Both the position numbers and the translations under genes were made by a program. 64,000 nucleotides of DNA from Octopus vulgaris (lineage: Eukaryota). The notes beneath the pieces were generated by a model. That model did not search any database. It was not told where the DNA came from and saw nothing but the letters and a program-made list of their open reading frames with translations. The stretch lies in assembly GCA_951406725.2 (NCBI GenBank), contig OX597830.1, positions 33,542,001 through 33,606,000 on the forward strand, given 5' to 3'. This document shows positions 36,327 to 51,183 of this stretch, one piece after another. How positions within the stretch are numbered: position 1 is the first letter of the stretch; each line of letters begins with the position of its first letter.

Positions 36327-37533
36327 AAATAAATTTTGCAAACTGCATTTTATAAAGTGCAATTCTTATATCGTATGGAATCCTAAAAAGTTACACTTCT
36401 TCATTACGAAATGAGGAATGGTATGAAAACTGCTGGCATGCAGGTAAAACTGATGTCTGTGTGTATGAGGGAAGTGCAAAGAAACAGGAAATTGCATTTG
36501 TTAGTCTGTCATAAAACTCTGACACAAGGCAATTAATTGGTACAAAAACAAAAACAAAAAATTGATTAAACTTTGTGAAAACCAATCAGGCATTGATGAT
36601 GGTCCCTGTGTTTATCTGTCACAATGTAACCCATTTTCCCATTTCCTGATAGTATGAATCTCATATTAAAGATATTTTTCTGGGAAGCTTAAAGTGCCAT
36701 GGAATCCTACCTATATGGGGCTTCACATATTATCACCATCACAACTTCACCATCAGAGCAATTCTTTCAAAATGTGATCCCCACAATCTGTTTTTTTGTT
36801 TGTTTATTTTAGAATCACATGATGTTGAATATATGTGTGCTTGTGTGCATACATGTATGTATGTATGTATGTATGGCTAAATGTCAGTGTCTGTGTGTAT
36901 AAGGGGCTATGTATGTGTATCTATATATGTGTGTGTGTTTGGATTACATACACATATTTACAATGAAAAGACTTTAATTTCATATCTAAGTGAGCAAACC
37001 TTGCTTCAAATGTGTGTAAATGGTTCAACACAGTTTAAAAACATTTAAAAACAGGAATATTTTTGAACCAATTATAAATTGGTTTGCAGAAATTTTTATA
37101 TAATTATTACCGAATTCTCATTACATATATGCATATGTGTGTGTGCATACACACACACATGCACACACACACATATGAGTATTTACACATCTACCTATTT
37201 ATTCAAAATATGAAATTAATGCTAGAAATTGTATTATAATGGCAAAGAAATGTATACGAGTGATTTTTATTTATTTATTTAATTATTTATTTAATATAAA
37301 CCCCTTTTTTACACCACCCTCCCACATGCTCCTTATTTATTAATTCATTTTTCATCACTACTTACATTACGTTGCGATACCCATCCCACCCACTTGCCAT
37401 TACATCATTCCCCACCACTACCGTCACCACCACCACCACCACCACAAACACCATCATCATCAGCAGCATCAGTGTTATCGTTGTCATCATCATCTTCATT
37501 ATCATCATCATCATGATCATCATGATCATCTTC

Positions 37534-37585
<52 letters not shown>

Positions 37586-37780
37586 TAATTGTAAACAACT
37601 ACATCATCATCATAATCAACATTATTATTATTAAATCATAGTTTTCACTTCTAAACAAGACAAATAAAAAAAACAGTGTCTTAATTTTTTTCCAACGAGC
37701 ATTTGAAAAGATAATATATATGTATGTGTGTGTGTGTATGTATGTATATATGTATACTTATGTGTGTATAAAAATATATA

Positions 37781-37827
<47 letters not shown>

Positions 37828-38039
37828 CATATATATATTAACATGTATATATTAACATATATATAAAACTGTACAGAGCTGTATGTGTATGGCATGAGAA
37901 AAAGAGCCATGGAAAGAAATGTGCAATCAATTTTATACAAGAATCTTTCAAAAGAAACACACACACACACACACACACACACAACATATACACACATGCA
38001 CACACATTAATACACATGTATGTACAACTTATAAATGAT

Positions 38040-38091
<52 letters not shown>

Positions 38092-38268
38092 GCACACAAA
38101 TATATATTCATATATATACATATACATATATCTATATAATACACACACACACATGTATATATTGAATAAAAAAAATAAAAGAATCACATACATGATTTAT
38201 ACCCAGAAAATTCCTGATGAATTTTAAAGAAAAAAAACGTTTTCTACTGCATTATAATTTATTTTAAT

Positions 38269-38340
<72 letters not shown>

Positions 38341-38921
38341 TTACTGTTTGATATTTTGTTGTAGTTGTTGTTCTAGTCGCTGTTGCTAGTCATGTACATA
38401 GAATTTTATTTCAGATATATAGTTACAACAATTAAATTTTCATTTCCAAATATATTTCTGCAATTCAATTTCGTGTTTATATTTTCAAAAATTTGATTAT
38501 AAATTTTAATAGTAGCCTCAAGTTGAAAGAAAAAAAAAATATATAGATATATATATATAATGTATATATATATAAGGCCCTAAATTCTAAATGTACAGCA
38601 AAAGAAAGACTTTGAGAAAGCCAGTGAGGGAATGAAAGAATTGGAGGGAGATGTGAGAAAGAAGGGAGGAAAAAAGCTTAAATAAATTAAAATATAATTT
38701 GGAGAAGAAAAAGAACTTCTAAATTATTGAGACAAAAAATATATTTACACACACACACACACACTTATCGTACACATGTGTGTGGTGTGTGTGTATGTGT
38801 ATATGTGTGAGTGTATATCTATATTATATATATACATACACATATATTATATACATATATATATATTATACACATATATATATATATGACATGAGTGTGT
38901 GTATATATATCATACACTGTG

Positions 38922-38954
<33 letters not shown>

Positions 38955-38986
38955 GTGTAAATATATTTCTATGTAAATATATTTCC

Positions 38987-39032
<46 letters not shown>

Positions 39033-39478
39033 GTATATATACATATATAACGTACATCATACAAATATGAAACTGTGCAAATTAATAAATCAAATTTAAA
39101 AATTAAAAACACATCTAAAACTAAAAGATGAATTAGAACTAAAGAAGGAGTCTTACGGTCTATAAGTCAGCAGACTGACAGTCACGTATGGTGCTTGTGT
39201 ATGCATATATGAGCACATTGCAGCATACATGCACCTATGCGTTCATGGGTCCCTACAGTGCTCTGTTCATATATGTTATGTCAATCTTTTCTGTATATTT
39301 CTTTATATGTATGAATGTTTATGTCCACATCTATCTATCTATCTATATACATGTGTGTGTTTGTATGTCATTATTCATCATCATCATCATAATGTGTGTG
39401 CTTGCATATTTACATATATACACATATATATACATATATGCATATAAACACAGATTCATGCACATATATATATGTGTA

Positions 39479-39517
<39 letters not shown>

Positions 39518-39876
39518 ATATATATATCTATATATATCTATCTATATATATCTATCTATCTATCTCTATATATATACACACATATATATACATATATATA
39601 TGTATATGCATACAGAATTAAATGAAGACAAACAACTAGATAAGTTTGTGTGTATGCCTGTGTATGCATGTGTGTGCATGTGGCTGAGCATGCACACATG
39701 AACATCATCTGTCTTTCTGTTTTTCTTCATATATGCACATATATATGTATAATACATACATATATATATTTATATGTATGTGTGTGTGCATGTATGTGTG
39801 TGTGTGTATAAAACCCACACATATAAGTAATATATACATATATTACACATATATTCATGCATTTGCGTGTGAGTAT

Positions 39877-39910
<34 letters not shown>

Positions 39911-41918
39911 ATATATATATAAGTTCATGCACACACTCCTGCGAACACTCACACACGCACACACATACACACTATTCATGCCTTCGTGTACACATAGTTA
40001 CATAAATATTATTTATCTGTGGGTGAAAAAATATGGTAATAATTTGAATTTGTTAACAGCATTTATAACTCAAATAGACAGTTTAGTAGGTATGTACACA
40101 AAGAGAAAAACAAATTAGAACACAAAGACACAACGATAAGAGATATAAACATGCCTGGATATGAACACTTAAGCACACATGTATATATATATGATGCACA
40201 CAAACGTGTATACATGCACATATATATATAAATATATATACATATATATATACATACATACATACAAACATGCATATATCTATAAATATATATATATATA
40301 TAAATATATATACATATATATACACATACATACATACAAACATGCATATATCTATAAATATATATATATATATATAAATATATATACATATATATACACA
40401 TACATACATACAAACATGCATATATCTATAAATATATATATATATATATATATATACATAGCTGTGTGATTATGTATATAAATATAGTTATGTTCGTTTT
40501 TATATATATAATATATCAATTTATTCACATATACACATATTTACATAGATATGCCCTCATACATGGACTTAAACTAATTTGAGCATTGAAAAATGGCTGT
40601 CACATTTCCAATTTCTCTCTGGTGATGTGTCATTTAAAAAAAATTCTTTATCTTTTATCGTTTAGGATCAAACCAATGCAAGAACCTGGAATTGTGTCTC
40701 CTGACCTGTTACCAATAGCAGCCAAATGGCTCTCAATAATCCAATGATTGAACCCTTTTATTTTTACTTGATGTGCTTCAAATAGCAGTCAAGTGACTCT
40801 CAAATGACTCCCTACTCCCTCAAATAACATGTATTCAGGCTGGCATAATTTCGATAGACTTATCCTGGATCTAAACCAGGTCATATTGGGTGTCACTGCC
40901 CCCACCATGACTTCTGTTTATTTGTTTCAATTTTTGGCTTCATTTCTAGGGTTGACAGGTGTAGAATACAGATTATTAATGGGTCAAACGGACCCACTTG
41001 GCTGGTTTCTCATTTTCCATGGCTTGTATGTTCCCCACTGGATGGAATGCCCATCTGTTACAGGATTCTTCACATTTTGCAGCTGAATGACCTGAAGTAG
41101 TGTGAAAGGAAGTGCTATGCTCAAGAACAAAGCTTTAGTGTAAATGGTACAACACAAGTCACTGGATATATATATATATATATATACACACACATATATA
41201 TCACACATACATATATACATATATATATCACACAGGTCACTGGATTCACTTCTGTTATTTCCATTAGTGTATTTACTTCCATTGCACTTTTTCCATTGTT
41301 GTTTTCTTACTTTATATTTCTACACTGTTGCAGAAACGATTAATGACAGATATGTTCGTTAAAGATCAAACTAAAAGACAATGTTACAGATGGAAGAAAG
41401 AACAAGAATGTTTAACTAAATGCCTTACCATACAAAATATTGTACCCTACCGTCTGAGTTTCTTCTTCAAAATTTAAGGAAATAGATAAAAATAAGTACC
41501 AGTAATATTATATGTTTGTTAAATGTGTGCATAGGACACAAACATCCATTTGCATTCTTATCTGCTAGTTCATGTACAAGGATTGAAAAGAATCAGTTGA
41601 AATACTCACAGAACTCACAGACTTGTTGAAGAAGTTTCAAAGTTTCACACCATTTTTGTCGGTGCCAGAAAGTAAGCTTTGAGTATAGAACTCACAGATG
41701 TCAAAACAAATATGGCAAGTCATCTCTTTTGATGCTCTAAAATTTTAGAATCCACTATTCTAGAATGGTGTTATTCATTGATCCCAAAAGGATAAGACAC
41801 AAACTTCATCTAGGTAGGATTGAAACTGAGTGTTCAGAAATCCAAAACAAATATGATGGGCAATTCTATATAATGGACTAATGGAGTCTACCAAATTTGG
41901 TACTTGTTTGGTGCTGAG

Positions 41919-42328
41919 TACTCTTTTATTCTTTTACTTGTTTCAGTCATTTGACTGTGGCCATGCTGGAGCACTGCCTTTAGTCGAGCAAATTGACCCC
42001 AGGACTTATTCTTTGTAAGCCTAGTACTTATTCTGTCGGTCTCTTTTGCTGAACCACTAAGTTACAGGGACGTAGGCACACCAGCATCAGTTGTCAAGGG
42101 ATGGTGGATGGTGGGGGACAGACACGGACACACAAACGCATGCACACATACACACACATATAGACGACGGGTTTCTTTCAGTTTCCATCTACCAAATCCA
42201 CTCACAAGGCTTTGGTCAGCCTGAGGCTATAGTAGAAGACACTTGCCCAAGGTGCCACACAGTAGGACTGAACCTGGAAACATGTTGTTGGTTAGCAAGC
42301 TACTTAGCACACAGCCACACCTGTGCCT
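41919..42328 (-). mobile_element. SINE-A, full length
   Basis: Same termini as the other copies. Confidence 0.9.
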
Positions 42329-42332
42329 ATGG

Positions 42333-42510
42333 GAAGGGGCCAGTCAATTAGATCAACCCCAGTATGCAACTGGTACTTAATTTATCGACTCCGAAAGGAT
42401 GAAAGACAACATCGACCTTGGCAGAATTTGAACTCAGAACATAAAGACAGACGAAATACCGCTAAGTATTTCACCCAGCATGCTAACATTTCTGCCAGTT
42501 TGCCGCCTTA
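42333..42510 (-). mobile_element. SINE-B
   Basis: ggccagtcaattagatc...ttctgccagtttgccgcctt. Confidence 0.85.
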
Positions 42511-42537
42511 CTGGTAATATATTGATAATAAAACACG

Positions 42538-42577
<40 letters not shown>

Positions 42578-42607
<30 letters not shown>

Positions 42608-43075
42608 CATCATCATTTAACATCCATTTTCCATGCTGGCATGGACTGGATGGTTTGACAGGAGCTGACCAGCTGAACAGTGCCTCAGCTTCGTGTCTTG
42701 TTTCTTTGATTGGATGCCCTTCCTGATGCTAACTACTTTACAGAGTGTACCGGGTGCTTTCAAACAGCACCAGCATGGGTGCTTTTAGATGGCACCTCTA
42801 TAGGTACATTTTACATGGTAGCAGCCCCCATCGAGCCACAAGATTAGGAATGCTCAGCCAGAGTGGGATGCAGGGTACATACCTGCAAGCACGGACTACC
42901 AAGTTTTACTTAGCATGTCATGTTATATCAAGCACAGCAATCTGCTGGGAATTTTGGTTCCCCCCCCACTAATCCCCTGTGTGAGGCCCAATGTCTGAAA
43001 ACCCTTTCTCACCATTTGGTCACACATCTTCTTGGGCCTTCCTCTCCTTCTTGTTCCCTCTGCAATTAGAGATTG
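42578..43075 (-). mobile_element. RTE LINE 3' end (ORF C-terminus, UTR, (GAT)n tail)
   Basis: Minus: EGTRRRGRPKKMCDQMVRK...TLGL, resembling the RTE GRP(R/K)xxW motif, then gcatggaaaatggatgttaaa(tga)n. Confidence 0.78.
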
Positions 43076-43877
43076 AGTCTACACATTTACATACCTGTAT
43101 ATATATATATATGTGTGTATATATATACATATATATATATATTTATATATGTATATATATATATGTGTATGTGTATGTATGTATGTATGTATGTATGTAT
43201 GTATGTATTGCATATACCACTTGCTCTTCAAAAACCAAAATAAAAATCTAAATAATTGGCTTTGTACTTCTTCCAAATGCAAAAAAGAAAAATCAGAATC
43301 AATATTAAAGAAAGAAAGAAAGAAGTTAACAAAGAAAGGCAGAAAGAAAGAAAGAAGGAAAGAAAGAAAGGAAGAAGTTAACAAAAGAAAAGAAGAAGAA
43401 AATTATGAAAAGATTGACAGGATATCAATCAGAAGTTAAAATTCCTCTGGTAGATACTGAGACATTATATTTAAGTGAAAACAGAGAGGAATAAAAAATA
43501 GAAATTAAAGACAACAAAAGTTTCAGCTAAAAAAAGAAAAAAAGAAAAAGAAAAATACAATAGAATGTTAATAAGTATTTATGATGAAATTAAATAAAAT
43601 GTAATAAAAAGAAAGAAAACAATAAATGAATAAAACAATATAAATTTTTTTAAAAAAATGAAGATATCAAGAGTGTACGGAAAGACATGATGTCTTACAT
43701 GGCAGAGTCACAGACAGAAGAAGCCAGAAATGAAACTTTAAATCATTCTGTGACATTTTTGGATAGACTAAAGACCTTTTGAAAATAGGCTGCAACGTAT
43801 ATACCAAAACATATAAACATAAATATATATATATACACATACGTATGTGTGTGTATGTGTATATATATATATGTATA

Positions 43878-43953
<76 letters not shown>

Positions 43954-44141
43954 TATACATATATATATATCCATATATATGTGTGTATTTATATATATAT
44001 ATGTATATGTATATACATATATATATATATGTATATATATATATTTATATACATATATATATGCATATATATATATATATATGTATATATGTGTGTATAT
44101 ACATATATGTATATATATATATATATATGCGTATATATGTA

Positions 44142-44173
<32 letters not shown>

Positions 44174-44676
44174 AATATACATTAATTTATGTATGCATAT
44201 ATTGATTTCTGAAGTAGCGCAATTGTGTTTGTGAATAAACATGCATACACAGATACACACACAGACACACACACAATTTAGTATGTAGATGCATCTATAA
44301 ATCATGTGTGAATGCATATATAAGTATATATATGTGTGTGCATATACATATACACACGCGAGCATAGAAGGCAGACGTTAAACGATAAAGATGGTGATGA
44401 TATATATATATATATGTATGTGTGTTTGCATATATATACATGTAGTTGATAGTATGTGTGTATGTACATTATATATATATACATATACGTATGCATACAT
44501 ACATCTTATTTATACTTACATATGCATATTCATAATTATTAAATTATAAAATTATAGTAACAATAAATTTTAAGAAACAGAAACTTTCTTTCTGATGCAC
44601 ACACAGAGAATATCACTGTATATGAGTGTGTTTGGCCTCATATGTATGTCTATCTATCTTTCTATCTATCTATCTA

Positions 44677-44709
<33 letters not shown>

Positions 44710-44758
44710 TTATCTCTCTATCTGTCTGTCTGATTGTCTCTGTGTATCTATCTGTCTG

Positions 44759-44805
<47 letters not shown>

Positions 44806-44850
44806 ATCTATCTATTTATCTGTCTATCTGTCTATCTATCTGTCTATCTG

Positions 44851-44908
<58 letters not shown>

Positions 44909-45065
44909 CATCTATCTATCTATCTATCTGCTTATCTGTCTATCTGTCTATCTGTCTGTCTGACAGTCTATCTATCTGTCTGCCTGTATTTCTTTCAGTC
45001 ATTAGACTGTGGCCATGCTAGAGCACCAACTTGAAGGATTTTGGTAGAATGAACTGACCCAAGTT

Positions 45066-45432
45066 CTTTTCTTTACTTGTTTCAGTCATTTGACTGCAGC
45101 CATGCTGGAGACCCAAGGACTCATTTTTTGTAAGCCTTGTACTTATTCTATTGGTCTCTTTTGGCAAACTACTAAGTTACGGGGATGTAAACACAGCAGC
45201 ATCGGTTGTCAAGCAATGTTGTGGGGAAAAACACAGACGTACACACACACACACACACACACATACCACAGGCTTCTTTTAGTTTCCATCTGCCAAATCC
45301 ACTCACAAGGCACTTTGGTCAATCCGAGGATATAGTAGAAGACACTTGACTAAGGTGCCACGCAGTGGGACTGAACCCGGAACCTTGTGATTGGTAAGCA
45401 ACCTACTTACCGCACAGCCACTCCTGCACCTC
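45066..45432 (-). mobile_element. SINE-A nested in an older SINE-A-like copy (~44990-45590)
   Basis: Host tail at 44990-45065 resumes after ~45440. Confidence 0.8.
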
Positions 45433-45671
45433 TGTACTTGTGTTTATTTATTAAATTTTTTTGTTTTAAGCCTGACACTTTTTCTATTAATCTTGTTTGT
45501 TGAACTGCTAAGTTACAGAGAAGTAAACACACCAATAGTGGTTGTTAATGGGTGCTGGGCAACAAGCACACACACATACACACTAACACACATGTATACA
45601 CACACACATATATGTATATCTATATCTATTTGACCAATAGAATGTAACAATTTTCCATTTGCAAATGATAA

Positions 45672-45738
45672 AGAGTTAAATTTGTCGGGCTGTCCACAAA
45701 GCTGTGGCTTTTGTGGAAGTGAAACCATTGGTCACTCT
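45672..45738 (+). ncRNA. Hammerhead remnant, same family as 20860-20921
   Basis: agagt...tccacaaagc tgtg gcttttgtgga agt GAAACCATTGGTC actct; 5' core degraded. Confidence 0.55.
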
Positions 45739-45778
45739 AAGACAAGACTTTAACTTTAATACCTTTAATGATATATAT

Positions 45779-45997
45779 ATTCTTTTACTTATTTCAGTCA
45801 TTTGACTGTGGCCATGCTGGAGCACCGCCTTTAGTCGTGCAAATTATGCCCAGGACTTTTTCATTGTAAGTCTAATACTTACTCTATTGGTCTCTTTTCT
45901 CGAACCTCTAAGCTACGAGGATGTAAACACACCACCATTGGCTGTCAAGCGATGTTTCAAGGATAAGCACAGACACAAACATATACATGAACATATA

Positions 45998-46044
<47 letters not shown>

Positions 46045-46203
46045 GATGGAGTTCTTTCAGTTTCCGTCTACCAAATCCACTCACAAGCCTTTGGTTGGTC
46101 TGAGGCTATAGTAGAAGACATTTGTCCAAGGTGCCATGCAGTGGGACTGAACCTGGAACCATGTGGTTGGTAAGCATGCTACTTACCACACAGCCACTCC
46201 TTC
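45779..46203 (-). mobile_element. SINE-A, full length
   Basis: Same termini as the other copies. Confidence 0.9.
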
Positions 46204-46218
46204 ATATATATGTGTCAA

Positions 46219-46260
<42 letters not shown>

Positions 46261-46270
46261 TAGATAGATA

Positions 46271-46564
46271 AGTTTCTTTATTGACCACACAGGGCTGCAC
46301 ACAGATGGGACAAGTTACAAGGTAGAGCTTTTCTTTTGGGGGATGAAAAAAGGGGGTGGCGTAGGTTTTCGATCAAGAGGGATCGTAAAAGGAAAGAAAG
46401 GAAAAAAAAATGAAAAAAAATAGAATAAAAAATAAAAAGAATAAAAGAAAAAAAAAGGGAAATGAACAAAAGAAAAGAGAAATGAAAAAAGAAGAAAAAG
46501 GGGAAAAAAGGGGAAGAGGTAAAAAAAAAAAGGAACGATCAATAGGGATCGTGTATCACAGTGT
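46271..46564 (-). mobile_element. LINE-like 3' UTR inserted at (GATA)n with 15 bp TSD
   Basis: tatggtagatagata at 46256-46270 and 46565-46579; ends ...gcagccctgtgtggtcaataaagaaac on minus. Confidence 0.82.
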
Positions 46565-46569
46565 TATGG

Positions 46570-46644
<75 letters not shown>

Positions 46645-46701
46645 ATAGATAGAAAGATAGATAGGCATGACAGGTTACTTTCAGTTTCTGTCTACCAAAT
46701 T

Positions 46702-46874
46702 CACTCACAACGTTCGATTTCCACTCATTCACTAATTTTATTTTTCCCAAAATTTTTGCTGTGTCTTGCAGCCTTTTCAATAGTTGTTCAATGACTTTTG
46801 TAAAGGTTGCAAGATGCAACAAAAATTTTAGAAAAGAAAAATTAGTGAATGAGTGGAAATCACACCTGTGAGTG
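46702..46874. mobile_element. Foldback MITE (~173 bp)
   Basis: gatttccactcattcactaatttt...cttgcagcctt is reverse-complementary to aaggttgcaag...aattagtgaatgagtggaaatc. Confidence 0.85.
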
Positions 46875-46924
46875 TGTTAAGTAATAAGGCACTAAAAGAA
46901 AATGATTCTCCCCAGACACAATAA

Positions 46925-47068
46925 AATGTGTTAGGAAGGAAATCCAGCTATGAAAACCATACCAAAACAGGCAATGAAACACAGTAGGGTTTCCAGCCTT
47001 ACCAGCTGATGTTAAACCGTCCAACCCATGACAGCATGGAAAATGGATGTTAAATGATGATGATGATG
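46925..47068 (+). mobile_element. RTE-type 3' tail fragment
   Basis: ttaggaaggaaatccagc...gcatggaaaatggatgttaaa(tga)n. Confidence 0.75.
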
Positions 47069-47330
47069 TTGGTACCAGAAGAGAGGTAGTTTTAAAATCA
47101 TAGTTCCACATTCCCCGTAATGTACACTTTTGAAAATCAACAAATGTGAAGCCAGTTTAGTGTGTGTATATGTGTATGTGTGTATGTGTGTGTGTCTGTG
47201 AGTGTGTGTGTGTGTGTATTGCAATTTAAATAAATATTGATGTATTTTTTATGCTTTTTCAACTTCATTTATTCCAACTATGCAACTACTTGTTTGGATA
47301 AATAACAATTTATATATATGTGTGTGTATA

Positions 47331-47361
<31 letters not shown>

Positions 47362-47710
47362 GGGAAGAGAAAGAGATGTGTATGTATGTATATATATATA
47401 TGCAAGTATAAGCATGAATATGTATATGAATATAAATTTATCTATCAATGTGTGTATGAGTGTGTGTCTGTGTGTGTATGTAAATGTATATATGAAATAG
47501 CAAGCTGCCTAAAACTTTTACAGATATTTCACTGAACTATTATGTAACTATAGATTATAAATAAAAATTTCTAAATTCACCAATAAATTATCTTTTTAAT
47601 CAAATATTGCTTTGTTAATATATTATTAAGATAGGGTATAAGTTAATATATTTTCTAAATTGATATTCTAAACTCTACAATTACCAGAATTATTCTTCTT
47701 ATTATTATGC

Positions 47711-47826
<116 letters not shown>

Positions 47827-47886
47827 CATCATTATTATCATCATCATCATCATCATTGTTATTGATACTATCATAATTATTATTAC

Positions 47887-47966
<80 letters not shown>

Positions 47967-48431
47967 ACATCATTGTTATTGATATTATTATTATTATTAT
48001 TATTATTGTTGTTGTTGTTGTTGTTGTTGCTATGATTCATTAATTGAATAATTTACATTATACTAATTCACAATGGAATCTCTCACCCATCCGTTATGAG
48101 CACAAGCTGACAATGAGCATTTGTAAAACAACCGTAAAGGGTTTCTTTGTATCGTATTCTTACAAATACAAAAATTTTAATTGCAAACACAACAGTTCAC
48201 CATGTGAAAGAAACCGTGTATCTCTCTCCACCTCCCTATTATTATATCCCTGCATATCAGCCTACTTACGCACTCACAGACACACACACACACACGCACA
48301 CACAAATACATGAAGAATTATCCATATCAATACTCATTTCTCTCTGTGTATATGTATATATAACCTAGTATAAATAAATAAATTTTACTATATATTTATA
48401 CACATATATGTGAAATATATATGTACATATG

Positions 48432-48481
<50 letters not shown>

Positions 48482-48623
48482 CATACATACACATATATAT
48501 ATATGCTTATACATATATGCATATATATATGTATATATGTATGTGTGTATGTATGTATATATATATTTAAATATCTATATATATATACATACACATATAC
48601 ATATGCACACAAACACACACATG

Positions 48624-48656
<33 letters not shown>

Positions 48657-48764
48657 TGATATGTACTCAGTTATATATATATACATATGTGTGTGTCTAT
48701 GTGTGTGTATAAATGTATAAATATACATATATATATGACGTTAAATGATGATGATGATGATGAT

Positions 48765-48816
<52 letters not shown>

Positions 48817-49522
48817 TATGTATATACCAAGTGATAGATTAATATATATATATATATAAATATATATGCATATATGTGTATGTGTAGCTGTCTATCTCTC
48901 CCTCTATCTAACTATCTATATATCAATCTATCTCTATAAATACACACACACACACACACACACACACATACCCACACACACACACACGTATACACATATA
49001 CATACATGTAAAAATTCATATCCACCGACAATAAAAAAAAAAGCAACAAAAAAATAAAACAACTACAAGAACAAAATCCAAAAATGCTCTGAATTATTTT
49101 AGCACAGTGGCAAACTCCACAACTGATATACGGGAAGAGCAATGAATGCTTTCAGATACAGTCAGAGGTCAAAGATAGATAAAACAGCAGAGTAGTGTCC
49201 CTTGAAAGCAATATTACTTATATTTGGAATCGTTCTCTAAGTTATTACATCTATGTGTGAATGTACAGCTTTGACTAGCTCCTCTCTTTCTATATCTATA
49301 TTTGTCACACTTTCTTCACTAGATCTCTTTTACTTTGTCTTTATTGTTCTGTATGACAAATCTTTGCCTACTCTGCCTGCTGTCTGTTGCTAGGGAAATT
49401 ACACTTCTCCCCACACACTGTCCAGTGTATGTATCCACCTTCTGTGGGGGGGATACATATGTACATATTAGCACACACATACACACACACACATATGTAA
49501 GAGAGTGAGAGATAAAATTATA

Positions 49523-49558
<36 letters not shown>

Positions 49559-49845
49559 TGTATGTATGTATGTATGTATGCATGTATGTATACATACATA
49601 TATATATACTTATACACATAAATATATATATATAATATATATATATACTTACATATACATATATATGTATGAATATATATACACATATATATGTATATAT
49701 ATATAGAGACATGAATATATATATATTCGTTTGTTTTCCACCTGCCTTCGTCTTTTGTTTATTTTCATAAAGCTTCCCGTTATATATATATATATATATA
49801 TATATAAAAACAAATGAAAGACAGAAGATGGAATATACATGTACT

Positions 49846-50042
49846 GTCTTTTATTCCTTTACTTGTTTGAGTCATCTGACTATGCCCAAGCTGGAGCACT
49901 CCTTTTAGTTGAACAAATCAACCCCTTGTAAGCCTAGTTCTAATTCTATCAGTCTCATTTGCCGAATTGCTAAGTTACAGAGATGTAAACACACCAACAT
50001 CAGATGTCAAGCGATTTTAGAGGGACAGACATAGGCACACAA

Positions 50043-50081
<39 letters not shown>

Positions 50082-50150
50082 TAAAAGGAGTCTCTTTCAG
50101 TTTCTATCTACCAAATCCACTCACAAGGCTTTGATCGGCCCAAGGCTATG
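49846..50150 (-). mobile_element. SINE-A, headless
   Basis: acttgtttgagtcatctg...cactcacaaggctttgatcggcccaaggcta. Confidence 0.82.
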
Positions 50151-50302
50151 CTAGGAGATATGAACAAAAATCTACAACCTTCTGTCTCTATAAACCACTA
50201 TTGTCCCAGACAGTTGTTTTTTTATATTTACTATGGATTGCTTGAAGCTAACTTTCTTCCTACACCTTGATCTCTAAATCTCACATGTATATGTGTATAT
50301 AT

Positions 50303-50716
50303 AGGCACAGGCATGATTGTGTTGTTTGAAGCATGTTTTCCAATCACATCCCATGGTTCAAGGTTCAGTCCCACTGCATGGCACCTTAGGCAAATGTCTT
50401 CTACTCAGGCCAACGAAAGCTTTGTGGGTGGATTTGGTAGACAGATACTGAAAGAAGCCCATCATATATATGTGCTGTGTGTGTGTGTGTATGTGTGTGT
50501 GCATGCATCAGTGTTTGTCCCCCTCTACCAATTGACAACTAGTGCTGGTGTATTTATGTCCCTGTAACTTAGTGGTTTGGTAAAAGAAACTGACATAATA
50601 ATTGCCAGTCTTAAACGTATGTAATCCTGGGGTCAATTTCTATGACTAAAAACCCTTTAAAGTGGTGCTCCAGCATGGTGGCAGTCATATGACTGAAACA
50701 AGGAAAAGATAAAAGA
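50303..50716 (+). mobile_element. SINE-A, diverged
   Basis: aggcacaggc...ggttcagtcccactgc...gactgaaacaaggaaaagataaaag. Confidence 0.85.
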
Positions 50717-50756
50717 TATATCTAAGCCTCACATTTGCTGGTGTCAACATAGGATG

Positions 50757-50803
50757 TCTGCCATGCTAATGATGCTTATTGAGGTAGAAACATTTGTTTG
50801 CAG
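50757..50803 (+). ncRNA. Degenerate hammerhead (unit 1)
   Basis: CTAATGA tgctt attg aggta GAAAC attt GTT; G5 changed to A. Confidence 0.55.
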
Positions 50804-51140
50804 GTGCTTTCATGTCTCAAGACAATAACACTGTCTTTTTCCTAATGACATGACAATTACAGTGAAATTTTTGTGATTATCTTCCTTTGTATTCAGCGCT
50901 TGTGCAATTGCCACTAGGCATTTATTTACCTTCTTTTTGAACTGAAGATAATTTCAATGAATAATGAATATATTTTCTGAGATATATAGTATACCTTTTT
51001 TCACTTTGTTACCTATAGTTTATTTACAATTTTCCTCTTGTATAACACAAATTAGTCAATGCTATCAAAATTTACTACTTATTTTCTATATTTCTAACTT
51101 TCATCATTTCTGGACTCAAGACAAAAATGTAGAAATGTTG

Positions 51141-51183
51141 CTGTGCTGATGATATCTATTGAGGTGGAAATATGTATACACAG
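51141..51183 (+). ncRNA. Minimal type I hammerhead candidate (unit 2)
   Basis: ctgtg CTGATGA tatct attg aggtg GAA ATATGT A tacacag; intact core, GUA triplet. Confidence 0.68.

Noticed and set aside
38210-38245. CTGATGA...AAACGTT
   Set aside because: No stem I and no G12; expected by chance in A/T-rich DNA.
40190-40460. Three ~70 bp repeats
   Set aside because: Duplicated compound microsatellite with no further structure.
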